From: a virus
Length of the DNA: 64,000 nucleotides
Virus record (IMG/VR): IMGVR_UViG_3300025626_000006
Coordinates: 32,001 to 96,000 of that record
Direction: 5' to 3' (one strand)
Shown: piece after piece, positions 11,372 to 21,375 of the stretch
Position numbering within the stretch: the first letter of the stretch is position 1
Layout of the letters: each line of letters begins with the position of its first letter
Made by a program: the position numbers and the translations under genes
Notes under the pieces: model-generated
Told to the model about the DNA's origin: nothing
Database searches by the model: none
The model's input: only the letters and a program-made list of their open reading frames with translations

Positions 11372-12303
11372 ACGTTAAATAACTGATACTCCATGAGCTT
11401 TCTTAAATCAAGCGCTGGTGTATCATAGATTTTATTGTTAATACGTTCATATCCCATTTCGGATGGGTCTTCATCACCTAGGTCAACTAAATGCGTATCT
11501 ATACCATACGACATAAACTTCTTAGCGAGGCTTAGAGCGTTAGATATAGCATCCGAATCTAATACAATATACAACTTTTTTACGGTATTTCCTATTATTT
11601 TCTTTTCTAATTCAGATTGTATAGATTTTCCAAATAAAGGTATGGCATTTCTACGAATAGCAATTGCATCAAATGCCCCTTCACATAATATTAATGGGGT
11701 ATCCCAATTTACAAGTAAATCGAATCCCACTATATCTTTAGATACCTTTGGATTTTTATGCTTATATTCTGTTTGGTAAAATGACCTTCCTACAAAGAAG
11801 TTTAATTTACCCTTATCATTATATGATGGTATAATAATTTTGTCTCTATATTCACCATCCTCACAATATCCAATATTATATTTTACAATATCACTTGGAC
11901 GAACACCTCGTTTTAGTAAATAATTCATAGCGTGTTTATACTTGAATGATGAGGTTGGTTTGTAAAGTGGTTTAAATTCTTTTGGAAGCTCAACTTGGTC
12001 GTTAACTTGGTCGTTACCTTGGTCGTAGCTGTATCTATTGATTCTACTAAATATTGCATTATACTCATCCCAAATTTGTTTGGATACGCGTATCTTTTTA
12101 AGTAACCCCTTGATGGTTCTACCCTTTTCATCAGAAATCCAACAATGCCATGGGTTTTGCCCATTAGCTGTAATCCTAATGTTAATCTCTAACTTAGGTT
12201 TGTAGTGGTCTACGAATGGTGAATAAAATGCGTAATTATCACCAGACGTTTTCTTGGATATACCAAGAACAGACTCTAACAATTCGAGTAGTCTATCTTC
12301 CAT
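11368..12303 (-). CDS. dnaG: DNA primase (DnaG/TOPRIM type)
   Basis: IIIPSY..G.LNFFVGRS, KHKNP, LCEGAFDA and LDSDA/DPSE TOPRIM motifs; degenerate N-terminal zinc-binding domain. Confidence 0.85.
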   Translation of the reverse strand: MEDRLLELLESVLGISKKTSGDNYAFYSPFVDHYKPKLEINIRITANGQNPWHCWISDEKGRTIKGLLKKIRVSKQIWDEYNAIFSRINRYSYDQGNDQVNDQVELPKEFKPLYKPTSSFKYKHAMNYLLKRGVRPSDIVKYNIGYCEDGEYRDKIIIPSYNDKGKLNFFVGRSFYQTEYKHKNPKVSKDIVGFDLLVNWDTPLILCEGAFDAIAIRRNAIPLFGKSIQSELEKKIIGNTVKKLYIVLDSDAISNALSLAKKFMSYGIDTHLVDLGDEDPSEMGYERINNKIYDTPALDLRKLMEYQLFNV

Positions 12304-12333
12304 ATTGTTCTAAATATACAAAAAATATTTCAA

Positions 12334-12759
12334 TTAACCAAAGAATTTCTTAATTGGTTTTTCATCTATCCATTCTTGAGGTATTTCTTTCTTAGCCCAT
12401 TTAAACCCATTCTTTTCACACCATTGTGCATAAGTGGTTTTAGAACCTTTGTATATTTTACCATTTGGGGATTGTAATACAAACCTTAAATCCATGTCAG
12501 GATTTTGTTCTTTAATTAATAAATGCTTCTTTCTGTCTTCTGGTAAGAACCATCCCTTTGATTCTATAAAGATATCATTGGGTAATCTAAAATCAGGTTT
12601 GTAAGTATGGTAAGTTGCTGGGATTGTATATGATACTTCGTGTTGTTCATACTCCCCATCAATTCCTTGAGTTTTTAATTGTTCATCAATTCGTGTCTCA
12701 AGGCCGGACTTATGTCCTTTTTGTTTTTGGATGTGACTCCAATTGCCTTTTTTATTCAT
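12334..12759 (-). CDS. T7 endonuclease I-like Holliday junction resolvase
   Basis: KSGLE, YKPDFRLPNDIFIESKG, DRKKHLLIKEQNP, KTTYAQWCEKNGF. Confidence 0.88.
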   Translation of the reverse strand: MNKKGNWSHIQKQKGHKSGLETRIDEQLKTQGIDGEYEQHEVSYTIPATYHTYKPDFRLPNDIFIESKGWFLPEDRKKHLLIKEQNPDMDLRFVLQSPNGKIYKGSKTTYAQWCEKNGFKWAKKEIPQEWIDEKPIKKFFG

Positions 12760-12761
12760 AA

Positions 12762-14483
12762 CTATTCAAAATCTAATCGAACATCTACTGTGACATCAAC
12801 ATCACGTCTTTTCTTTAAGGGCGAACCCAGTTTACCTATAGCGACTAATTCACCACCATCATTGTATAGTCCTACGGATGTAATATATGGTCTAAAATCA
12901 GAACCTGTTACAAAGTTCTTCAAAGTATAATCATCTTCAACACCACTTAGTCTTAAGGTGTTATTTTGTGATACATTAAACTCATTTTTTCCAATTTCAC
13001 ATAGTATCGATTGTTGTTCAATTTTTTTTGTAGATTTGTATTTAAATTCAAATGTTCTATCGTGGTCAGCGTAATTCCAATTACCATCACCTAAAAAACA
13101 ATTTTGATATTTAGGCCTTGGGTCTGTTATTACTATTAACCCCTTTTTATGAAACACATAACCTACATTATTTGTTTGATATGCCGAACCACTTGTTATG
13201 TGGTTATTATATAATGACATTCTGTTACCACTCGTTAGTTCTTGGGTGACAATTCTAACTTCATCTAAAGAACCACTTGTTCCATTTTGCGTTTTGGATT
13301 GGTCAGTACACATTATATTTAAGTCATACTCATTATCTATTATATCGGTAAGTCTAGTTTCACTACTACCCATTATTTCATTATTTAGATAAAAATTAAG
13401 TTGACCACTTGTCTTTTCAGTTGCGGCTGTATGGCTTACCATTACATTATGCCATGATTCATTATTAACTTTAGCCGATGAAGTTGCTATAATACTTGGT
13501 AATGCTTTACCACTACTTCTACTGTATGTAAACGCTAGCTTTCCGTTATCAGAACCCGCGGCTTGATTATATACTTCTATTGAGAATGGAAACGCATCAG
13601 GTCTTCTTTTGAAATCCAATTGGTCAGCTCTGAATGGTCTATGAGCAGCGTAGTTGTTTACTCGTTGATTCTTTTTATTAATAATAGTATTAGTTATTTT
13701 TTCTGTAAATGATTGACTTTGTGGTAGTTTAATCCACATAGAAACTCCCCACGACCTGGATGTTGTAAATGGAGAAAGGTGAGCTGCTGGTATTGTTAAT
13801 TCAGAATTAGCAGTCATTGTTACACCATAACCACTTGCCGATGTCGGTGTTGGTGATTGTCCTTGTGTATCAATTCCCTTACAAATTTTTAAATTAGAAA
13901 CTTCTATTGGAGTATTGGAAATGGATTCATCTTTGCTTGCTTTATATAATTTACCAAATACACCACCATTAAATCCTAAGTAAACTCTATTGTTACTTTC
14001 ATTGATAAAATGTGTAGTATCAATTTCGGTATCATAAATGTAACCAAAGTCATCGTCTTGATATGATGAGCTTAAAAATAAATTACCACCATCAAAAGAA
14101 TAATCTGTAATTTGTACAGATTTGGGTTTAATACCAAGTCCTATTTTTTGTTGAGGTATCGATATGATTGATGCCGTAGGATATAACGTCTTACCATCTT
14201 TCTTAAAACACGTTGAATTTATTGAAGACCATACTACTTGTTGCGGAATTTTATTTAACTCTTCACTTATAGCACCTGAGCCAGTTGCTAGTGTTGAATC
14301 GAATGTTACACCTTGGTGTTTAGAAGTAGATACTTCCGTATGTGTTCCATTGGGTGACGTTCCTCGTAGTATAGATATTTCAAATGATGACGAATAATTA
14401 GCAGTCGTCACTTCATATGTTTTATGAGCGATAAAGGGATACGTTTGTATACCTTGATTGAATATCCTTTTTAATATAGCCAT
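12762..14483 (-). CDS. Virion baseplate/tail protein with LamG-like (concanavalin) domain and tail-collar-like C terminus
   Basis: VSMWIK...WHNVMV...GSLDEVRI LamG pattern; C-terminal YITSVGLYND.GELVAIGKL shared with the next gene. Confidence 0.65.
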   Translation of the reverse strand: MAILKRIFNQGIQTYPFIAHKTYEVTTANYSSSFEISILRGTSPNGTHTEVSTSKHQGVTFDSTLATGSGAISEELNKIPQQVVWSSINSTCFKKDGKTLYPTASIISIPQQKIGLGIKPKSVQITDYSFDGGNLFLSSSYQDDDFGYIYDTEIDTTHFINESNNRVYLGFNGGVFGKLYKASKDESISNTPIEVSNLKICKGIDTQGQSPTPTSASGYGVTMTANSELTIPAAHLSPFTTSRSWGVSMWIKLPQSQSFTEKITNTIINKKNQRVNNYAAHRPFRADQLDFKRRPDAFPFSIEVYNQAAGSDNGKLAFTYSRSSGKALPSIIATSSAKVNNESWHNVMVSHTAATEKTSGQLNFYLNNEIMGSSETRLTDIIDNEYDLNIMCTDQSKTQNGTSGSLDEVRIVTQELTSGNRMSLYNNHITSGSAYQTNNVGYVFHKKGLIVITDPRPKYQNCFLGDGNWNYADHDRTFEFKYKSTKKIEQQSILCEIGKNEFNVSQNNTLRLSGVEDDYTLKNFVTGSDFRPYITSVGLYNDGGELVAIGKLGSPLKKRRDVDVTVDVRLDFE

Positions 14484-14496
14484 ACTGGTTCATTTT

Positions 14497-15846
14497 TTAA
14501 AAGTCTAATTTAACCTTTACTAATATCTCATTAGAGAATGATTTTAGTATTGGTTTTGATAACTTAGCTATTGCTAACAATTCATTATCATTATTGTAAA
14601 GACCTACCGAAGTAATATATGTCTTAGGGTCACCTACAAATGTATTTTGTGCTAATCTACCTTCAGAACCCGAAACATATGTTGGGTTATTACTAAAGTT
14701 ATACTCAGCGTTCTTAGCTCTAATAAAATAGAATGTTGACTTTATCTCTTCTTCACTTCTAGCTTGGAATCCATTTAGTACACTATCTTCAGCTGAACCA
14801 CTAATTGCATTAAACAATTTGTTATGGTTTTGTGCGTCTGATACAGTTCGTACTGTTCCTAATGAAGCCGAAGCATCCATAGCAGCTGCACCTAATATGA
14901 TGATACCATGTTGTGGGTATACTTCACCATATATTTGAGCCGAACTTTGAACACCATTAAGTAGAGAACCACTTACAATGTTGTACTTGGTTTGTCTAGC
15001 ATTACCTGCTTGGTCTGTGTCTCCACTATCATCAATAAGTCTTAGCATTGGTTTTCCAGCTGAACCTGAGATACATAACTCCCAATTTCCTGGGTCTAAT
15101 CTATCTTTGATTCGTGCTCTGTTTATAGCTATAGCGTATATGTCATCTTGTGACTCATCAGAAAACTTAAATTTCTTTTGATTTGAAGATAATAAGATTT
15201 GTTGCATTTGAGAATATATAGCAGATGAAGGAGAATCTTCGTTTGTTCCTAAAGAACCACTACCAGCGTAGTGACCATATGCAACTGAGAACTGAGGTTC
15301 ATTTGTTGATACAGTTGGGTCTCCGTTATATATCTCATAGTAATATTGTTTTTGAGTATTTGATTGGTATGATGAAGTATGGAATACAGTTAACTCACCA
15401 CTATTACCACTCCACAATCCTCTTGTTACTCTTTTAGTTCCACCTTCTACAATGTCTTCAGTTGTAAATGCCGAATAGACTTTACCACTTCCATAATCAT
15501 ATGCTCCAGCTGGAATGATTGGTGTGTCATCTTGTATGACATCATCAACTGCGATATTATCTATTGTAGCGATATCAGCCTTTCGTGGGCCACCACCTGC
15601 GGCTACAGTATTACCACCACCTGTAGCTACGACATTACCACCGCCTTGAGTTAATATATTTCGTGGGTCACCTAAGTATGTTGCACCACCACCGCCGCCG
15701 TTAAAGTTTACACCTTCACCACCGCCAAACAGATTGCTACCATTTGTATTAAAGTAAGGGTTACCACCGCCATAGTATCCACCACCGCCTCCAGAGCCCA
15801 TTCCGAATCCGTTTCCAAATCCACCGAAAAAATCATTTATTGCCAT
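14497..15846 (-). CDS. Virion baseplate/tail-collar-like protein with Gly-rich N terminus
   Basis: C-terminal YITSVGLYNNDNELLAIAKLSKPILK, paralogous to 12762..14483 and resembling the P2 gpH N-terminal (DUF3751) domain. Confidence 0.6.
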   Translation of the reverse strand: MAINDFFGGFGNGFGMGSGGGGGYYGGGNPYFNTNGSNLFGGGEGVNFNGGGGGATYLGDPRNILTQGGGNVVATGGGNTVAAGGGPRKADIATIDNIAVDDVIQDDTPIIPAGAYDYGSGKVYSAFTTEDIVEGGTKRVTRGLWSGNSGELTVFHTSSYQSNTQKQYYYEIYNGDPTVSTNEPQFSVAYGHYAGSGSLGTNEDSPSSAIYSQMQQILLSSNQKKFKFSDESQDDIYAIAINRARIKDRLDPGNWELCISGSAGKPMLRLIDDSGDTDQAGNARQTKYNIVSGSLLNGVQSSAQIYGEVYPQHGIIILGAAAMDASASLGTVRTVSDAQNHNKLFNAISGSAEDSVLNGFQARSEEEIKSTFYFIRAKNAEYNFSNNPTYVSGSEGRLAQNTFVGDPKTYITSVGLYNNDNELLAIAKLSKPILKSFSNEILVKVKLDF

Positions 15847-15858
15847 GTCTTATTCCTC

Positions 15859-16500
15859 TTATTGATTTAACTTAGGTGAAACAGTTACATCTACTTCTAC
15901 ACGTCCACCAGTTTCATTACCAATAATTACAATTCTTGTTGTTGTCACTTTGTCAACAGGTAGAGTTGAAGTTGGTATGAATGAAAATGAGTTTAACCCA
16001 TTAACAGCGATTGCTTTACTTGTAGCGTATGAATTAACATTTATTACAGGACTTACTTTTCCTGGAACACCAGCATTACCTGTTATTGTTCCAACGTCAC
16101 TATTAAGTAATATAGCAGTGTATCCTAATTGTTCGTTACCACCATTTTTGGTTGTAACATTAATCGGCACCATTATTTCTTCTTCTCTTACTGAGATAGA
16201 AGTTTGTGATACAGTTAGGTATGGTAACTTAACTGTTGTTTTTGGTAACGATAGAAGTTTATACTTCATTAAGTAGTTCTCATCGGTAATAGCCTCTAAT
16301 ACTGGCATATTCTCGATTACAATACCATAGTAGTCACTACCTAATGAATGCGCGGGATTCCAAAGGTCATAATCTACCTCATCATCAGCTAATGCGAATT
16401 GAGTGATTTGAAATTTGTCCCTACCTTCGGCAAGTAACTCTCTTCCACGCTTAGTAAGTATAGCGTCTACTGTTACAGATGAATTATCTAAAAATCCCAT
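15859..16500 (-). CDS. Virion baseplate/tail-collar-like protein
   Basis: ILTKRGRELLA...ITQFALADDE resembles the start of the gpH/DUF3751 domain; lies in the structural module. Confidence 0.55.
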   Translation of the reverse strand: MGFLDNSSVTVDAILTKRGRELLAEGRDKFQITQFALADDEVDYDLWNPAHSLGSDYYGIVIENMPVLEAITDENYLMKYKLLSLPKTTVKLPYLTVSQTSISVREEEIMVPINVTTKNGGNEQLGYTAILLNSDVGTITGNAGVPGKVSPVINVNSYATSKAIAVNGLNSFSFIPTSTLPVDKVTTTRIVIIGNETGGRVEVDVTVSPKLNQ

Positions 16501-16522
16501 AATTGTTTTCCTCTTTTATACA

Positions 16523-16530
16523 TATAAATA
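16523..16530 (-). promoter_or_regulatory. Putative late promoter TA(T/C)TTATA; representative of about 10 copies
   Basis: The same motif lies upstream of starts at 8202, 26874, 31984, 34098, 34798, 43511, 50445, 59300 and 63112. Confidence 0.55.
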
Positions 16531-16584
16531 TAGTTTTTTTTATTATTTAACCTATTTCTTGTTTTATAGTTTATTTAAGGTAAA

Positions 16585-19500
16585 TTAAAACCCTAAATTA
16601 CGTGCGTTTCTATTTCGTCTACCCCTTAATCCTCGTTGAACTATATCAGTTGATATACGAGTTTGATTTGGTATTATTTTTGGGTTACTAGCTGCTTTAC
16701 CACCTCGTATTCCTTTAACCCTTGGGATTGGAAGTGGTTTAGATACTTGGAATGAACTCTCAACGTCTTGTGCTGAATCAACAGCGTCTTCTTTATCTAC
16801 TTCTTTGATATATGCTACTAAATCTTCAACAGGAACGAGTTTAACAGGTTTGATAGGTTTTGTACCACTACCAGCACCTGAACCTACACTACCATTATCA
16901 GATGGAGTATTGTACACTAATACAGTTGGTTCAACTTTAGTTATTTCAATCACAGGCCCACCATCGGGTGTATCTAATGAATCTGTTGTTAATGAATCAC
17001 TTGATATTTTACAACCATTGTAAAGTAAATTTTCTATATTACCAGCAAGACGTGTGTCTTGTACTCTTGCGAAATGAAACGATGCTGAATTAGCGAATTC
17101 GATTCCTAAAGAAGCACTTACTGAATTACTATAAAAGTATTTTGGTTCTAAGTAGTGAGATGACATTCTCGCATTTGTTATATGTGAACCTGTTGGTGAA
17201 TATTCCCAATACGGGTTTGTATCATCAAAGTATTGACCAGTTGTTATATTTAGTCTTTGTATTTTTTCAAACTTGTAAACAGCTGATGTAAAATTATCTA
17301 TGTCAATACTTGAGGACAAATGAAGGAATGACCCACTAATACTTTGTACCACAGTAATAGGATTAGCTTTGTACTGATGGTCAGTATGTGATATAGTGTC
17401 AGGTCTTTTGTAATTATTTCTTTCAAATACATGAGGTTCAATCAATATACCTTTGTGCCAATCAGCTCTCGCAGGTACAATTTGTTTCATAGAATCAAAT
17501 ATAGACATATCATATCTTGATAACATATCTATGATTAATTGAATACCAGTACGACCAGTATACTTTTGAAAATAGTTTCTAGCTCTAAAGTCTAATATAT
17601 CATAACCATCGTTATTTCTGACATCAGTATCCCCTACTAAATCATCTATTTCAAAATACCCCTCTGATGCGTATATATCAAAGTTGACAGTATCTGTTGT
17701 TGAAAAGTATGTTCCTAATAGGTTTGAATCATTTGGAGCAAAATCATATTGACTCACTTCATTTGATTTATCAAATAGTAATGGGCCTTTTAACGAACCT
17801 GATTCAATTCTTACTTTATTGTTAGTAAGGTTTAATGCACCTACTGATGGAATTGTTACATACATCGTATCAACTTCACCCACCAATTGACTCGGACTTC
17901 CGTTTGCATATGATGCTGATAAGAAATGACCATAGTCCGAAGTTGATATTTTTTGATTTGGATGTCTTGATATTATAGAACCACTAATTGTGTTAAAAGT
18001 ACTATCAGGAAATATTCTGTATAATACTTTTTCAAATGAAGTATCTAAATCTAAGTCAGTTGTATTGTCGTCACTAAAATAAGCTTCTCTATTTTTAGCG
18101 TGTTCTTGAATTATCTCATTTGATAATGGTTCTGAATAATATCTGACTTCTTGAATACTTGAAGTTGTATTAATTCCATTATTAAATGGAGATTCTAATC
18201 TGTTTAAACTACTTGATTGTTGTGTTGAGTTCCAAATAATATTAATATCATGTGATGTTGTTGATGCAGTCGGATTAGCTAGTATATCACCCCAATCGTC
18301 TACCCACGCAGAATATAAACTATATCCACCAGAACCAGAGTTTACTGTCACAGCGATATCACGTTGTTTCTTATATGGAACAGTTGGTGTGGTCATAAAC
18401 GCTGAACTTCCGTTTGTGACTGAGAAATGTCCAGTAGCTAATTGAGAGTTGTAATGCCATCTCAAATCAGAAGTAGCCCCATCCCATTGGTGTAATCTAA
18501 ATACAGTATGGTTACCTTGTGGCATTTTTCCTATAATTTCAATAGCACCTGGTCGTTTAGATTGTATAGTATCCCATGGGTGTATGGCTGGTTGACCGCC
18601 TGATAATTTTAGTTTATATACAAATCTATCGTGTTCGTATACATTTTTAGTATCTGCGATTTTTGGCCCACCATACTCTCTAATTTTAAGAAATGAACTT
18701 GGAATACCATATGATGATATCAATGATTTAAATGACCTAGCAGTACCTTTAGATTTATATATACCAGGTAAGTTGTTTAGTAAACGTCTCCACGTTTCTT
18801 GTACTATTTCTTTTGTAGGTTTCGTCTCAAGTGAGCCGGAATTAATCCCATCATTAGTACCTGTTTTATTAACACCTAATTCATAATTCCATAAAGCTGC
18901 GTCTGAGTATCCGTTGAACAACTTCCAACCAAACCCTTCAGCTACTACATCGACTAATTGATTTGGAAGTCCATCTTTTGGATGTTCTTCTCGTAGGTTT
19001 ACAGTTGTTAGAGCTTCTATGTAAGTCCATACTATATCAAAATGTTGCCCAAGCATATTAATAAATGTTATATACTCAGAGTTCTTTTCGTCATCTTGTA
19101 TATTTACAGGAATTAAATTTCGTAATCTTCCAGCGTTTACGGCATCATAGTCTTCAGCTATTTTGTAAGTTTTATTATACCACAACTTACCTTGTGAAGT
19201 TGTTGACCCATAGAGCTCATTTGGATTTGTAGAAGCTTTTGGGTATGGTTCTACAATAAACTCAGATGATGAGTGATGTGTATATAGTGAAGCTTGATTA
19301 CTATAATATAACCAATATTCAAAATCGTCAAATCCACCAATTAATGCGTCTCGTCTATTTTGTGATTGAGATATGTTAGTTAATGCTTCAGAACCACTTA
19401 CATTATTTAATGTGGAAATTCTTGAATCAAATCTTTCAATTTGTTGTAGTTTATATCTAAAGTTCTTGACTCTCTCAGCTGCTGACGAGAAGTTTACAAA

Positions 19501-20799
19501 GTTTGAAAAATCTGAATGGTCGGTGTTTAGTTTAATGTTACCTAAAGACCCACTAAAAAACTTGTCTATTACTTGTTGGCTAGTTGGGTATCCTGCGTCT
19601 AACAAACTATTCCAACTTTCAAATTCTCCACTACCATTATTGGATGATGCTAATTCGTAGTTAAAGTTTGGTTCAGAAAAATCATTAGCACTACCGATTG
19701 TTTCCAATGCATTGAAGACTATTAATTTCTCAACATAAGGTTTTATTAATTCTAATTGAACATCTACTACGTCATTAATTTTAACTGATGAGTCAACTTC
19801 CGTATATAACTTTAATATTGCCTCATCTACTGATTGTAATCCATCAGCTTGTGTATTATATGTTAAGCTAAGATTGTCAGTATTAATAACAACAGTACCA
19901 CCCGTTTCTACTAACCTTGCCGTATCTTGTGGTACATCTGGTGGTAATGATCCAGATGTTAAGAACGGCTCATCATCTTTCTTAATCCAAGACAATGTAG
20001 TATTAGAGTTTCTTGTTAGTTTATATCTATCAAAGTTTTGGGTTACAGGATACGCTGTTGCACTTCCCGGATAAACTGTATTGAATGGTCGAGTCGTGTC
20101 TACTTCCATAAACGTTGCCCATTTACCAACACCACCATTACCATCTAAGGTTGTAGAAGTTGGTATCCAAACCAAACCTGCTCCATCGTTTGGATAGGGC
20201 AGAGTGGCAACAGTAACAGGATTTAACGTTCCAAAGAATGCCATATCTAAGACATTATTTATTTTGTTATTACCTAAGTTTAAAATAAATGGCGTATGAT
20301 TATCTCTGCCCTCAAAAGAATTACTTGGACTTCCAATATTTTTTCCATTGTATACGTTTCGTAATCCCAAAAATGCATTAGGGGTTACTGAAGCAATTCT
20401 AATTTCTTTTTTGTCTGCGGATATCTCTGTTATTCTACCCCTAGCTACTTGATGAACATGATTATATACAATTGAATATGTACCCGATTGAAATCCAGCA
20501 TATCTAATATCCTTTTCAGGTTGTACTAAAATAGCAGGAGATGTTCCATTTGCTGGAACATTGGTTTTTATTTGATTACCAATACTTGAGTATTGTCTTT
20601 GGTCACCAGAATAAACGTGGTACTCCATTGTTGGAATCGTAAGACCCCGTACACCAGTACCAGTTAAATCTTGTGGTTGTAGCTCTAACTCAACTATCCC
20701 ATTTGATATAGCGGCTAAATCGTCTGCAGACCACGTCTGCCCAAAAGTAGGAGACTTGGAATTAACTTGGTCGGTATTTGTATATCTATCTAAAGGCAT
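16585..20799 (-). CDS. Large baseplate wedge protein (P2 gpI / T4 gp7-like)
   Basis: 1404 aa; LPGIYKSKGTARSFKSLISSYG matches the gpI-type KGT motif; structural context. Confidence 0.6.
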   Translation of the reverse strand: MPLDRYTNTDQVNSKSPTFGQTWSADDLAAISNGIVELELQPQDLTGTGVRGLTIPTMEYHVYSGDQRQYSSIGNQIKTNVPANGTSPAILVQPEKDIRYAGFQSGTYSIVYNHVHQVARGRITEISADKKEIRIASVTPNAFLGLRNVYNGKNIGSPSNSFEGRDNHTPFILNLGNNKINNVLDMAFFGTLNPVTVATLPYPNDGAGLVWIPTSTTLDGNGGVGKWATFMEVDTTRPFNTVYPGSATAYPVTQNFDRYKLTRNSNTTLSWIKKDDEPFLTSGSLPPDVPQDTARLVETGGTVVINTDNLSLTYNTQADGLQSVDEAILKLYTEVDSSVKINDVVDVQLELIKPYVEKLIVFNALETIGSANDFSEPNFNYELASSNNGSGEFESWNSLLDAGYPTSQQVIDKFFSGSLGNIKLNTDHSDFSNFVNFSSAAERVKNFRYKLQQIERFDSRISTLNNVSGSEALTNISQSQNRRDALIGGFDDFEYWLYYSNQASLYTHHSSSEFIVEPYPKASTNPNELYGSTTSQGKLWYNKTYKIAEDYDAVNAGRLRNLIPVNIQDDEKNSEYITFINMLGQHFDIVWTYIEALTTVNLREEHPKDGLPNQLVDVVAEGFGWKLFNGYSDAALWNYELGVNKTGTNDGINSGSLETKPTKEIVQETWRRLLNNLPGIYKSKGTARSFKSLISSYGIPSSFLKIREYGGPKIADTKNVYEHDRFVYKLKLSGGQPAIHPWDTIQSKRPGAIEIIGKMPQGNHTVFRLHQWDGATSDLRWHYNSQLATGHFSVTNGSSAFMTTPTVPYKKQRDIAVTVNSGSGGYSLYSAWVDDWGDILANPTASTTSHDINIIWNSTQQSSSLNRLESPFNNGINTTSSIQEVRYYSEPLSNEIIQEHAKNREAYFSDDNTTDLDLDTSFEKVLYRIFPDSTFNTISGSIISRHPNQKISTSDYGHFLSASYANGSPSQLVGEVDTMYVTIPSVGALNLTNNKVRIESGSLKGPLLFDKSNEVSQYDFAPNDSNLLGTYFSTTDTVNFDIYASEGYFEIDDLVGDTDVRNNDGYDILDFRARNYFQKYTGRTGIQLIIDMLSRYDMSIFDSMKQIVPARADWHKGILIEPHVFERNNYKRPDTISHTDHQYKANPITVVQSISGSFLHLSSSIDIDNFTSAVYKFEKIQRLNITTGQYFDDTNPYWEYSPTGSHITNARMSSHYLEPKYFYSNSVSASLGIEFANSASFHFARVQDTRLAGNIENLLYNGCKISSDSLTTDSLDTPDGGPVIEITKVEPTVLVYNTPSDNGSVGSGAGSGTKPIKPVKLVPVEDLVAYIKEVDKEDAVDSAQDVESSFQVSKPLPIPRVKGIRGGKAASNPKIIPNQTRISTDIVQRGLRGRRNRNARNLGF

Positions 20800-21367
20800 T
20801 TTTTATATCCAAATGTACTCCAGAATAAATATCCTCTTGTACTCTTTTTTTAGCTTTAGCTATTGTACGATAATCATAACCATCCATTTGATACAATCCA
20901 CATGGTAATGGTGTAACTCTATATTTGGTTTCATATCTTGTTATAGTCCTTGGCGTATTAATATCTCTTGCTTCGTATTCAGTAAAATTTTTAATTCGTG
21001 TAAACTTTTCAGTTTTCTGTATTCGTTGACACTTTTTTCTTATAGCTAAATGCTCTTGATAAAGATTTTGATTTTGCCATTTTATATCTATAAGTAGTTT
21101 ATTTTGAAATCCTAAAATCATTGCTTTATCTAAAACATCTTTTAAATTAGGATAACTTTTAATCTCACCTCTTAGTATTATATCAATATCATTTGTTTTA
21201 ATATTAGCACCATACACTTTTTCTGCAAATGAACCTACTAAATAAACTTTATAGTCGTCTAAGTTAGTAGCTTTTTTAAGCTGACCCCACCATGATTTGA
21301 ATGCCATCATTGTTGGTTCATTCCATGGGGTTCGAGTTTCTATGTTACCTGCTCTAAAATAAAACAT
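20786..21367 (-). CDS. Pol-beta superfamily nucleotidyltransferase-like protein
   Basis: VYLVGSFAEK...TNDIDIIL (GS plus DxD) and a later LIDI. Confidence 0.6.
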   Translation of the reverse strand: MFYFRAGNIETRTPWNEPTMMAFKSWWGQLKKATNLDDYKVYLVGSFAEKVYGANIKTNDIDIILRGEIKSYPNLKDVLDKAMILGFQNKLLIDIKWQNQNLYQEHLAIRKKCQRIQKTEKFTRIKNFTEYEARDINTPRTITRYETKYRVTPLPCGLYQMDGYDYRTIAKAKKRVQEDIYSGVHLDIKNAFR

Positions 21368-21375
21368 ATATTCCT

